Shown here: piece by piece, positions 15,752-28,739 of the stretch
Numbering within the stretch: the first letter of the stretch is position 1
How the letters are laid out: each line of letters starts with the position of its first letter
DNA from: Proteromonas lacertae
Taxonomy: Eukaryota
Assembly: GCA_002245135.1 (NCBI GenBank)
Contig: NGBS01001161.1
Location: 496,001-559,358, forward strand
Direction of reading: 5' to 3'
DNA length: 63,358 bases
Position numbers and translations under genes: made by a program
The notes under the pieces: generated by a model
Told to the model about the DNA's origin: nothing
Database searches by the model: none
Seen by the model: the letters and a program-made list of their open reading frames with translations, nothing else

Positions 15752-17094
15752 ATGTTATCATTTTTAAAATGCAGATTTACACACCAAATACAAAAGAATG
15801 TTAGATTGTCATATAATTATTCGTCTATAAAATACATATTGCGACATTTTTCAGAAGATAATACTGTAACTAGTGAATTTACAACAGAATCTGAAGCCAA
15901 CGGAAGTATATATTATAATAATATCGAAAATAGAAGATGTATATAGTAAATATTGGGAAATGAGATCTTTATGGAAAGAAGAAGTTCCTTTACCAAAATT
16001 GCTAAATAGAAACTATTTGAGATTGCTGCAAGGATTAGATAAAGAATTAGTTCGAGAAGAATGGAATAAACACATACATAAATTACATAATCACTACACA
16101 AGAAGGAGTTTCAAAGATTGGTCAGTTCATATCAACGAAGAAGAAGATAAAATATACAAATTTCCATTCGAATACAATAATAATCATTCATTAGCATATT
16201 TACAGCATGGTTTTCTATCATCTTATGCAATGTTAACAAGAGCTTTTGCTGAAGCTAATGCAAAGATGAAATCATTCAAACCAAAGTCAGTATTAGATTT
16301 TGGTAGTGGTCCAGGTACTGGTGTATGTGTAGCCAATGAATTCTATGGAGAAACTTTGAAAGATTATACTTTAGTTGATACTTCAATCTATATGAATAAA
16401 ATATCAGATTCACTATTATCCTATATAAAAGGTAGAATTAACACATGGAATAGTATAACAGAATTAACAAAAAAGAATATGAAATATGATATTGTCATAG
16501 CTTCACAAGTGATATCAGAGTTACCTACACTACTATCAAAGCAAGCTGCTATGGATATATTATATAATCAATTAAATGAAAATGGCTTATTACTAATTCG
16601 TGGAACCAGGCACTTATTATGGCTCACATACAGTAATTTCAGCTAGAGAGTATTTATTAAAATATGCAATGAATGTTACACATACTTTACCATTCGTAAT
16701 TGCACCATGCTTACATATGAAAACATGTCCATTCGCAAAGAATCCAGAGAATAAAAGATATTGTTATTTTTTACAACAAGCTGTTCCTCCAGCAGATATT
16801 GAGAAGAAACATAGGAGATCAGTTGCATCAAGGTTGTCTTATATTGCTATTACTAAGTTGCCAATTGGTTTAACTCCTGTTACAAGTATGTTAAGAGATG
16901 ATGCTCATCGTATTATTGGACATCCTTTACAAAGACATAATCACGTTATTATTGATAGTTGTTCTTCTGATGGGAAATTTGGTAGAACTATCTATACTAG
17001 AACTAAAGTGAAAGATAAGAAGAAGTATCAAGCTTTAAGAAAAGCTGATTGGGGTGGTATTGTATATGATAACAATCCACCAACCTATTCGTAA
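15752..17094 (+). CDS. Rsm22/METTL17-like mitoribosomal small-subunit methyltransferase-fold protein (one intron; apparent 1-nt frameshift ~16598)
   Basis: Basic/Ser-rich N-terminal presequence, 'FKPKSVLDFGSGPGTG', 'EPGT..G', 'IAPCLH..CP', 'HVIIDSC..DG', 'RKADWG'. Confidence 0.85.
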
Positions 17095-17169
17095 TTAATA
17101 ATATATTAATTATAATGTCGTTTAATATATAATTGTGTTAGTATGGAATGACTAATAGTTTGACTTGAA

Positions 17170-18237
17170 ATGATAAAGTCTTTTTATCGATTTTCTCGTC
17201 TTATACCGCAAACTAGTTGTAAAATATATTTTGATTCTACTTATCTACGGTTTATCTCTGGATCTACAGGAGATTCCTCATTATTAAGAAGGTTTCCAGA
17301 ATTAGCAGCAGAATGGCATCCTACTAAGAATGGAACTCTTACTCCTGATAAAGTTCCATATAGTTCAACAAAGGTGGTATGGTGGAAATGCAATCATGGT
17401 CATGAGTGGAAATCAAGTATATTTTCAAGAGGTAATCATGCATTACCAGGCACATTAACACTACATCAATGTCCCTACTGTAGTCACAAGAAAGCATCTC
17501 CAGATTACAACCTTGAAGTAATTAGTCCAGAAATAGCAGCTGAATGGCATCCAACTAAGAATGGTGATTTAAAACCTTGTGATGTATTACCAAGAAGCAA
17601 TAAGAAAGTATGGTGGCAATGTAGTCGTTCGCAAATGCATGAATGGCAAACATCACCTCATAATCGAATTAATAAATCAGGATCAATAACAAAATGTCCA
17701 TTCTGTTCAAATAGACAAGTATCACCAACAAATGTATTTACTAAAAACCGTGATTTGATGGAGGAATGGGATTATGAACGTAATATAGTAAAACCTGATG
17801 AGATACAAGAAGGAAGTTCACAAATAGTGTGGTGGAAATGTAAAGTTAATCCAGAACATCAATGGTGTACTCAGTTAAGAAATAGAACAAGATATCACGA
17901 TAGATGTCCATTCTGTTCGGGGAAAAGAAAATTATTTGAAAAAGAAAAGAAAGAATTAAAGATTTATAATGATAAAAGTAAAGGCGAAAATGAAAATAGT
18001 GATTATCATACACTTGATTATTTGAGTTGGTATAGTAGGTGTTATTATGAATGTAAAGATAATAATCATAGAAAACATATTGTGTTTTGTAGTCCTTATC
18101 AGTTAGATAATATACATGTATGTCCTTACTGTAGATGTGAGAGAAAAGGTTTTTCAAAAATTGAACCAAAACCTGAAAATGATATTTATAAAGCATTGAG
18201 AGATACAATTAAGAATATTTCTAAACTACCTGTTTAA
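17170..18237 (+). CDS. Tandem treble-clef zinc-ribbon (DUF4379-like) repeat protein with predicted mitochondrial presequence
   Basis: Three repeats of EW(H/D)..(K/R)N...P......S...VWW.C...H.W......R.....CP(Y/F)CS plus a degenerate fourth; N-terminus MIKSFYRFSRL..YLRFIS. Confidence 0.85.
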   Translation: MIKSFYRFSRLIPQTSCKIYFDSTYLRFISGSTGDSSLLRRFPELAAEWHPTKNGTLTPDKVPYSSTKVVWWKCNHGHEWKSSIFSRGNHALPGTLTLHQCPYCSHKKASPDYNLEVISPEIAAEWHPTKNGDLKPCDVLPRSNKKVWWQCSRSQMHEWQTSPHNRINKSGSITKCPFCSNRQVSPTNVFTKNRDLMEEWDYERNIVKPDEIQEGSSQIVWWKCKVNPEHQWCTQLRNRTRYHDRCPFCSGKRKLFEKEKKELKIYNDKSKGENENSDYHTLDYLSWYSRCYYECKDNNHRKHIVFCSPYQLDNIHVCPYCRCERKGFSKIEPKPENDIYKALRDTIKNISKLPV

Positions 18238-18340
18238 TTTGTTATTTATTCATTATTATGTTGTTTTTCATATATTTTCACTCCCCAAATAAAACTAAAT
18301 CGCACTTTAATCGCATTATAAGCACAATCCTATCTAAAAG

Positions 18341-18420
18341 CACAATTCACAATTCACATTTCACAATTTCACAAATTTCACAAATTTCACATTTCACAAT
18401 TTCACAATTTCACAATTCAT
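18341..18420 (+). repeat. Degenerate 7-9 bp minisatellite (TTCACAA[A]T)n, about 10 units
   Basis: cacaattcacaattcacatttcacaatttcacaaatttcacaaatttcacatttcacaatttcacaatttcacaattc, between two convergent 3' ends. Confidence 0.9.
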
Positions 18421-18465
18421 AAATAAGTAAATGCCACTGTTGTAGAATTACACAAAAAAATATCA

Positions 18466-19489
18466 CTAGTTTGTATCTTGAACAAGAGCAGCAGGATCAA
18501 ATAATAGACAAATTGGCAAACAATATTGTCTTAAGTAACACAAAAAACGAATTCTAGAGTAAACCCATTCTCTATTACATTCGTCTAAACGCACATTTTT
18601 ATTAGCACTATTTTCAAATAATAATAAACCTTGAGATAAAAATGCTGATAAATCTGACAAAAACGCTTCATTAATACCAGTCGCAGCAAATATCTCCACA
18701 TGATTTAATATTTGAAGAAATAACGCATCCCACTTTTGAGACCATAATTCAAATGAATCAGAGATTCCTAATAAACTTGATTGGAACCTTAAATCCAATT
18801 GATTTATAGATTGTAACACAGTATGAGCAGCACTATTATGAGTAGGTTTAGCACTTTCGTCCATGGCACGTTGTTTTGATTTAACACTTCGCATTTGATG
18901 TACATATTTTCCTGACAAACAACTTGTTGTATCTTCATCTGTTTGAGAGAAGTTAGACCTGAGACATAAATGTTTGTGAGAATGACAAGCTTTATAAGCT
19001 ACTGGACTAGGTGGATCTGTGAGAGTTACATCCGGATATTTTCTCATCAAATCATCACAAACACTTACTTTACATTCAGCACTATCCAGAATTATGAATA
19101 TCTACACACATATAGTTTATATAAAGCGATACCCTATTGGTACAAGCCAAGTTAGACATTCTTTCGGTAATCTCAATATCAAACTTTAAGATATGCTCTG
19201 AGACCTTCAGCAATGCTTTATACTCCTCATAAGCAGTATGATAATCCAAAAAAGACAACTATTTAAGATAGAGCTAACACTTATGTCGTTATACCTTCGG
19301 GAATTCTGCAATAATAATTCTATTCACGGGTAGTTCTAATTCTCCGTGAACTCTACACACTCTCGACCACAATCGAGGTTGGTTTGTCTTGTCAGACACA
19401 ACAAAATTGCTAATAGGACACTTACGTTTCTCTTTTGGGTTCAATAGTTCTGCTCCTCTACAGGTATATAAATGATGCGCCATAGACAT
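18466..19489 (-). CDS. Hypothetical ~318-aa protein, Cys/His-containing N-terminus, 3 exons
   Basis: Introns 19259-19294 and 19102-19132 (both GT-AG) join ORFs 19289-19489 and 18466-19050 into one open frame. No family recognised. Confidence 0.65.
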
Positions 19490-20639
19490 AAAATAATTAA
19501 ATAAATAAATCCAAATTTAAAAAAACTACTCAGGACAAGCACTATAAGAATTCTAATCTATTTTGCAAATAGGACTTATATACTTGACCCAAGCTGGGCT
19601 CGTTGAATTTTGACTTTAACACCTTTTTCTTTTCGTTTTTTAATTGTCTTTAAGTTTGAATAAAAAGCCAATACTCTACACATCTATTAATTACATGTTC
19701 AAGTTTGTATTTAGCTATAAATTAAAAATATCAAATTTTAATGCTTTTTAGATAGACTTTTAATAGAAATTCCAACTCAACAGAACCAACAATATTTTTA
19801 AATTAAGTAATATTTCATAACTAAATTCGCTTATTATTAGTAAACTATCAAATACTTGCAATCACTTTGTACCGAAGACTTAATAGAGTTCTTGAATTAT
19901 TCTTATAGATAATATATAAATTGTAAATCTATGTGAGTAAAGCTAAGAAAATATCTGCTTGTATTTAAATGACATTTCAAAATTAGAGGAGTTATTCTAA
20001 TTAGTTGTTATATAGTTACATCTAATGTTATAACGTATAATTATCTAATTCATATTGTGTTGTATATAGTATTAAAGTAGTATAGCAGAAAAAGCGATAA
20101 GCAACCTATATTACATAAACTTCAGATTGAATATTCATTAATTTGATCCATAATAGAGAAATTAATACATATTCATTAGTATATGAAGAGAAAAATGAGA
20201 AAATAAAAAAAGTAAAAGAAGTAAAAATACATGTAATTGTCATCTTTTAATGTAATTTAATTATTATTTCAAATATTATCATTTTGATTGTAATTTGTTA
20301 TTTTAACATTTTTTTTGTATATAAACATGCATATATTTGCTAATTGTATAGCATAATATATTATAGTAAAGATATTCTTAAATATCAATAACACAAATGA
20401 AATTTCTTCAAAGTATCATGTGTATAATATACAATCAATGAATTTGCTAATTAAGATGATGAGAGTGATAATTAGTCTGTTTTTTAAATCCTATTACCTT
20501 TTCGACTTAATCTCATAAAGGCTTGAATGTTTCTTTTAAATGTAAATTCTTTATTGTTTCTATTGAGTTTAATTGTTTCAATAACTTATTTACTTTATCT
20601 TGAGATATAGAATTCTTCAGAAAGAAATAGTATAAGTAT

Positions 20640-21700
20640 ACCGATAATTATTCTTTATCGTTATCGCCATTTCTACCTTCATATTCACTATCTCTATCAT
20701 CATATAATACTGAATCATCTAATATTTCATCGTTATTATCTTCATCATATACATTATTATTTCTATTAGAAATGTCATTCTTTGTTATAATATTAATATT
20801 ATAATCTTCATCATTAGTATTATCATCATTGTCACAACTATCTGTTTCATCTTCATAACCATCTGCTGTTATATCATATTCGTTACTTATATTATTATTA
20901 TCTACACCTATTCTTTTATTATTGTGTGTATCTTCTTATTAATTACTTTTTCTCTTTTTTTTTTTTTTCCTCTATTCATTACACTATCAATATTTATTTC
21001 ATCTAGTGAAATATAATGAACTTTATCTTCTACAGGTATTGAAAAATGTAGTTACCTTTTCTATATTCTTCATTAATTGTTTCTTTAATTTTCAAAAACT
21101 CTATAACAGATGATTTATTGTTTCTACTTGCTCTTGTAACATATCCTTTACTTTGTATTGTATAATTATATGACAATATTCTATCAATTATAACTTGTGT
21201 TAAATAATAAGGAAAATCAAATATTCCATATCTTCCACTGATTTTTTACTAGTATAATTTCTTTTGAATTAAAATGGATTGATAGAATCTATATCATTAA
21301 TACTACTTACCATTTTTTTATCACAATTGATTGTTTTTCCCTTTATTACATTAAAACTTTTATAGAATTGAGGATAATATAATTTCTCTATTATAACCTC
21401 TTCATTTGCTTTCTTTATAATTTCTCTATCCAACTTTCCAAAATCTCTGTATTTATAATTAATTCTTTTATAACAATCAATTAACTTATAAAACAATGGT
21501 ATATTTCTTTCTACATTTGTAGTAATTACTTTACTGAAATATATAAAAGCTAGAAATAGAAAGTTATCAATTACTTTATCCATTATGACATCTTTTTCAT
21601 TATTATAGAAAAGAAAATCTTCATTTTTATTATTTAAATTTTGTCTTAAGTAATATTGAACCACTTTTGTAGATATGAATTGATTATTTTAATTATAATA
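20640..21700 (-). pseudogene. Decayed coding remnant (acidic D/N-rich stretch plus ORF 21269-21664)
   Basis: Codon-like acidic tracts and a 131-aa ORF interrupted by stops and frameshifts; no family recognised. Confidence 0.35.
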
Positions 21701-22759
21701 ACATTAAATCTTAACAATGTAATGATGATGGATGGTTTGTCTGTTTAAAAATATATATTTACTTTCTTATTATTGTATATATTAATTAATTCATCAATAT
21801 TTGTGAATTAATCATAAAAAACTACCTCATAATATTTTTGAGTATTTTCATTGAAATTATAAATAGTATCATCAACTACTAACACGTTGTAAGAATTACT
21901 ATAATAAACATCATCATGTATTATATTAGAGTATAATTGATTCTCTTTTATTCTTTTTTATTTTTTCATTATAAAGTAATATAATATATATCTATATAAT
22001 AATAATAATAATAACAGTAATAGTAATAACCTTTATAACTTACTGTTTTTTTATTGGTATAATAAGCCAAAGGGGGAAAAGCCGTTATCCTGACAAATAG
22101 TCAGTGGCTTAGGTATCTATTATTACATTTATAATGGATGATGAGTATTAGTCACAAAATCCATCAGTTTTTTAATCACAAATATTGTAATTCAAATAAT
22201 CATTAGCTAATGATACTTTTGCATATAACATATTACTACTGAATTAATAGTATAAACACGTGGAAGATTGTAATATTCTCTTAGGTTTATCATATTCTCT
22301 CTTCTCTTCACTTCCTATATTCACAATTTGCATAACCAAGTCGAAAAATTACTCACTATACTCATTCTACTCACATGATAGTAATTTGTTGTAACATTAG
22401 TATAAATACAATCACATATAAAATAATTCCTTGAATCTATTGAAATTTGATTTTTTAGACAATAACTTTTATAGCCAATAGATTAATTTGCATATTTACT
22501 TTCTCTTAACCACCTTTCACTTCACATTTTTACTTGGATATTTATTTCAACCATCTTTATGTGAATCAAACATCAAATTGACATGTACACTATATATTAT
22601 TACCTATTCACTATAATAAAAATAATCTAAACTTATACATTCATTTAATTTCTCAAAACTGGAAGTCTGAAACGAATATAATTTTTGAAATACACTTTAA
22701 TTCTTTTTTCTTCTGTTGTGTTATGAGTATATATAGTATATAATTTTATATAGAATATA

Positions 22760-24320
22760 ACAATGGTAGCACAAGTGTTGTTATTACAGATAAATAATAG
22801 ACAAAACAATACAAAGAGCAGGAATTGATTATAATTGTTGAAGGAAGTATAATATTATCATATATGTTAATTAGATTAAAGTTTTAATAATTAAAAATCA
22901 AAGATATTATAACTAAGGGAAGAATTAAGAACATTTGAAGAAAAAAATACAACTATCAGCTTTGATTTAGTCTGTCTTACTAAAGCTCATCAACTACATA
23001 TACAAACTCTTACCTTGCTAATACATTTGGCACTTTTGATATACAACATATTATTGAAGTTATAAGTAGTAGGAAATTCAACTATTTCTGTTAATTTAGC
23101 ATATTGGTATTATAGCAATTATCATATATATAATCATTAATAGGTTATTTAAATTAGGTGTCAGACTAGGATAATTAGAATATAAACCAAGTTTACCATC
23201 AACGATTAATCCAACAAATACAAATAAGTATAATTGTTATTATAATATAAAATAGTAAAGTCTGATGATGAAGAAGCTAAGATGAATTAGTATATTTTTT
23301 ATAATTATTTTTGTTAGGATGAATTATTAGGTATGTTTATTCAAGAATTGGTGTGATTTCAGGTGTTGCCAAAACAGTAACTGTAGAAAAGACATATATC
23401 GTAATTACAACAATTCATTCGATGAGAACACCAAAATTAAGTATGATGATACGAATATTCTGATTTTATTTTATTTATTCATAGTAATTAAAAAGCATGG
23501 AAGCTTCTAAACCATCTCCAATTCAAGAGTATTTAGCTGATGTTATTCCTGGATTAATTGATTTAGAAACAGTTCAATCATTGTATTTATTGAATCAAGT
23601 TAATGATAATCCTATATTTAAGAAGTATTTGATCTATTATTTACTCTATTAGTTTTTACTCCATTATTTGAAAATAACATTTGGTGGATTTGTATATAGT
23701 GGTATTATTGAGTTAGTATATCCAGTATTATTTTTATTATTTTATAATAGGTAAATGAATATATTCTTATAAGTATATTAGTATATTATTCTTATTTATA
23801 TATTGTTAGTAGAGTATTGAACATAATTTCAATAATTCAAAGTATATTCTTATTTATATATTATCATTAGATGAATTGCATTAGAATTCCAGGTGAAGAA
23901 CAGTAGAAACATCCAGTTTATATATTATATTTTACAATTAGAAAAAGTATAACTATTTTAGTATATTATATTTTATTATAGCTGTTTAGCATTGTACTAA
24001 TCGATGAAAGGCAGAGAATATCAGCAACTTGCATGTTAAGCTATACTGGTATGTTTTAATTTGTTATTATGTTTATAGATATTATAGATGATTATATAAG
24101 TATTATAGTTATTTTTATATTTTAATAGTTATTTTATTAGAATAGCAACAGAATTCCAGGGGAGAAGAATATTGATTCAGTAATTTATCTATAATATATG
24201 TTATACAGTGTATTTATGGGGTTTAGCTATTCAGATTAACATAATAGTACAGCATATAGTGCTCGTATGAAAAATATTTTGATATCTTCTTAATTAGAAG
24301 CAATTAGTCAAAAATAGCAA
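22760..24320 (+). pseudogene. Degraded multi-exon surface-protein pseudogene (Ig-like He_PIG / PA14-like fragments)
   Basis: Typical short GT-AG introns remain, separating fragments such as 'IGVISGVAKTVTVEKTYIV', 'VIPGLI', 'TFGGFVYSG', but with many stops and frameshifts. Confidence 0.45.
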
Positions 24321-25175
24321 TATGGCTTTATTTAACTACACACACATACATCAAAAATCACATAATATCACGATTACATTCAATTACCTAGTCAAAATTA
24401 ATATCGTCCTTTCTGGAATACTCCTATACTACACATATCGTATATAGGTAGTGATTACGTATAAAATTTATTAACATATTTCAGTCCCTATTAGCCAAAT
24501 ACGTGGTATTTAAAATCAGTACAGTTCGAGATGTATTATAGTTTTTAAAGCTAATAAATGATATAAATCAAATAAAAATATATCAATGTTATTATTTATG
24601 TTTGTTGTTATTCAATTATAATGTAAAATATCAAAAACAGACGAATGACATGAAAGAGGTAATTATGAAACTAAGTATACTATGATAAAGCTCAAAGCAT
24701 GATACATCGTTTGACAAATTTTTACTATTTTATTCCTTATGGTTATTGAGAAAAATCTATTTAAAGTCACAAAAAGCACTTAGAAAATTCTTATCGTGAG
24801 TCTCCAATAAAATCTCATTTTTATAATACCATAATAATTTGTCTCTGTAGTTGCTCAGTCTGTTTGACAAAAAAGTATATGATCTGGTACAACGCTAGCT
24901 ACTAGCATTTTTTATATTATAAACAACCTGAATGCCCCTCAAGGTTTAATAGTTTAAGATAAGGATCTAAACCGCTATCTCGATGAAAAGTAGACATAAT
25001 TTTCTCTAATACATTTTTAGTATTGGTGTATTTTATTGTGAGAGTGCCTAAAGCGCTTTCAAATTGTTTAATGATCACTCTAAGCGGTTCTTTCTTTTAA
25101 TTCAATTTAGTTGTAGTTGCAATAAATAAAACATATTAGAAATATATAAAACGATTAATTTACTACTAACTAAAA

Positions 25176-26853
25176 TTACTTTACAACCGTTGTAGTTATT
25201 TCTACATGTCCCTCTTCTTTTCCTGATTGAAATTCGGCAGAAAACCTATTCATTATAGTTTTTTATTGGATACATGAATCTTGCTTCCATTTTCAACCAA
25301 CACTCAATAGGATTCTCTAAATTTACAATGCTATAACTTAATCCAGTAGTCATATAAACATAAGGACCTTTAAATTCAAGAACTTCACTCTATAAATTGA
25401 AATTAGCAACAATTATAATAATACCGATTGAGGTTTTGAACTTGTAATAGTATATTGTAATGGTACTTGTGTAGCTCCACTTACACTCAAAAACATCTAT
25501 TAAAAAATAAAATAAAGAAATATAAAAATGATATACAAAATTACTTTTATTTGTTAAATGATATATAGGAATCATCATATCTTCACCACATTGTGTTCGA
25601 TATCTATTAATAAATAATAATAATATATACGTTCTAGATAATATATGTCTAGCAAACATCACCATTTCAATAGGATCAACATGTGTATTACAACTCTGTA
25701 TTAATGAAGTTACTAAATTAGCAATCATTATATGAACAATTTCAAAATTAGCCATATCCATATCTCGTTGGTATTTTATTCCATTTATTTCAATACAATC
25801 TCTTTCTAAGTCTTTAAATAGTTGATCATCTTCAAATTCTTGGGAAGATGGATCTGATTTACTCTATTAATAATGTATATTATTTTACATTTTAATACAT
25901 CGTATATCCATGATAAAGGCAAAACTAGTTTATGTGGAATCGTATGAATTATATCTAAATATTGTTGTAATGTCAAATTATCATCTTTCAATTTTGCTCT
26001 TATATTTTCAACAAATTGAACATCACTATAATGTTTTTTATACAATTATTATTATTATTATACTTTCTATATTTCAATTCTACTTTCTTTGTACTTCTAT
26101 TTATTGCATCAATCCATCTACGCCTTTCTTCTTGAGATGAAGCATTAAATATTATATCAGTTACTGGTTCAGCTGTTACTTCATCGTTTAATATACAATG
26201 GAAAAAGAACTTCGTTGTGCTTGTAGAAAAAAGTTCAGATCTACATTCAAAATTGGTTGTTAAAGGTATATATTGATTATCCATTAATTCTAATAGATCT
26301 TCAGGTTTTGAAAAGAACCAAGATAAGAATCCAGGTCGAACTACTACATATCGTTTTGATAATTTGTTTGATTTTGACATTTTGTCTAACCATCCTACTT
26401 TCACTATTTCATTGCCTTTAGTTAATCCTATTGGCTGAATTATTTGGCCTATATGTGTTGAATCGCTGACTATCGATGAATAAATTTGAATTAAATGAAA
26501 TACTTATTGGTCTTACTATTGTGTATTGTTCTGGGTGATAATTTCCAGCTAGTTCAAAAGCTGCTACAATAAATTGATCTCTTTTCCTTTCACAATCTTC
26601 TTTTCGTTTCTTTAAACGCTAGGATTATTAAAATAGTAAAAAATGATATACATCAACTTCAGCTTGTTTTTTAAATCTATGAGGACTTCGATAGAATGTA
26701 TATTTATCATATATCTAATAAATAGTTTGAACTAAATACATTTTGAATAGCTAACTGATGTAATTCTATTTCAGCTTGTAAATTTTCTTCTACAGTTTTT
26801 AATTCAGCAGAGTAATTCCCTGTTATACTTTGCCTTAATCCTGTAGGAATCAT
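25176..26853 (-). CDS. PH-domain protein, multi-exon
   Basis: 'KVGWLDKMSK...KRYVVVRPGFLSWF...FNASSQEERRRWIDAIN'. ATG at 26853; ends ...EITTTVVK* at 25176. Confidence 0.8.
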
Positions 26854-26933
26854 TTTTTAAAATCAAGTCAAATATGTGTAATTGACACGTCATTTGGTCA
26901 TTTTTCATCATTTCCGTATTTGTCATTTTTTGA

Positions 26934-28627
26934 ATGAGTAGAGTTTCTGAAGTTGCTAGTATCCATATTATCGTATTATTAATGAATAGAAAAAGTTGAT
27001 CTTACAGGAGAATTAACTCCAGATCAAAAGTATGAAATGATTACTCGAAACTTGCAAGTATTCCAAAATTATGTTAATTTTTAGGAAGTACTCAGAGAAG
27101 ATGATCTTAAAAAACTTTTACATGAAGGAAAAGACTTGAAAGTATTTATTTTATTTTTTTATTCTTTAGTTATATTGGGGTACTGCTCCAACTGGTAAGC
27201 CACATGTAGCTTATTTAGTTCCAATGAGTAAAATTGCAGATTTCTTAAGAGCTGGTTGTGATGTTACAGTTTTATTTGCAAACTTACATGCTTATTTAGA
27301 TAACTTGAAATCAGATTGGGATGTATTAAAATACCGTACTGAATACTACGAAACAATGATCAAAGCCATGTTAACCTCATTAGGTGTTCCATTAGACAAA
27401 TTACACTTCATCAATGGTACTGAGTATGAATTGAGTAAAGAATTCTCATTAGATTTATACAAAATAGCAGCACAAGTAACAGATCATGATGCTCAGAAAG
27501 CAGGTGCAGAAGTAGTCAAACAAGTAGCCAATCCAAAGATGAGTGGTTTGTTATATCCATTATTACAAGCATTGGATGAAGAGTATTTACACGTAGATGC
27601 ACAATTCGGTGGTGTAGATCAAAGAAAGATATTTGTAATGGCTGAGAAGTATTTACCTCGTTTAGGATACAAAGAAAGAATTCATTTAATGAATCCAATG
27701 GTTCCTGGTTTAACTGGTGATAAGATGAGTGCTTCTGATCCTAATTCAAAGATTGACTTATTAGATACAGCTAAACAAGTAAAAGCAAAAATAGCAAAAG
27801 CCTTCTGTGAGCCTGGAAATGTTGATAATAATGGCGTATTATCATTCACAACAATGTGTTTATTCAATATCATTGAATTACCATTTGTAGTAGAAAGAGA
27901 AGAACAGTATGGAGGAACTATTAAATTCAATACAAAGGAAGAATTGATTCAAGCATTTAAAGAAGAGAAATTATATCCAGCTGATTTGAAAAATGCTGTT
28001 GTTTATTATGTTAATAAATTATTAGATCCAATTAGAGAGAAGTGTGATACACCTGAAATGAAGGAGTTAACTAAGAAAGCATATCCACAAGATAATGTTC
28101 AACCAGGTAAAGCAGCTGATGTTCCAGCATTTGAGAAATTAAAAATATGTGTTGGCCATGTAGTTAAAGTTACAGAACATCCACAATCTGATCATTTATA
28201 TGTTGAAGAAATTGATGTTGGTGAAGACAAACCAAGAACAATCGTTAGTGGTTTAAGAAAATATGTAACAGTTGAGAATTTCCAAGGTAAAAATGTATTA
28301 ATATTTGCTAATTTAAAACCACAAAAGATGGCTGGTGTATTATCTGAAGGTATGGTATTATGTGGTTCAAATGAAGACAAATCTCATGTAGAATTAATAT
28401 TAGCACCAGAAGGAAGTAAACCAGGTGAAATAATAACAGTAGAAGGATTTAATGCACCAACACCTGATGCTGCTGTGAATATTAGCAGGAAGAATAACCC
28501 TTGGACTACTTGTTTACCTGATTTGAGAGTAGATGCTGATTGTGTTGCTTGTTATAAAGGTAATGCTTGGATGACTGCTGCTGGACCATGTACAACACAA
28601 ACATTGAAATGTGTTACTATTGGTTAG
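26934..28627 (+). CDS. YARS1: Cytosolic tyrosyl-tRNA synthetase with C-terminal EMAPII/Trbp111-like tRNA-binding domain
   Basis: Spliced N-terminus [13 protein letters not shown]...ITRNLQEV...[15 protein letters not shown]; '[12 protein letters not shown]', '[11 protein letters not shown]', KMSAS; OB fold '[26 protein letters not shown]...NLKP..MAG..SEGMVLC'. Confidence 0.96.
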
Positions 28628-28739
28628 ATGATTTTTATATATTTTGATTTTTAATAATGGTTTTTATTTGGTTATTAAAAAGAAAATATAAAAAATATTT
28701 GCTTATTAAATATATAAAAGTTGATTTATTTTAGATATT

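Noticed and set aside
16590..16605. Frameshift in the Rsm22-like gene
   Set aside because: Removing one base restores LLIVEPGT; no intron signals; likely a sequencing error.
18341..18420. Tandem array as CRISPR or telomere
   Set aside because: No spacers, eukaryotic context, and not a G-rich telomeric unit.
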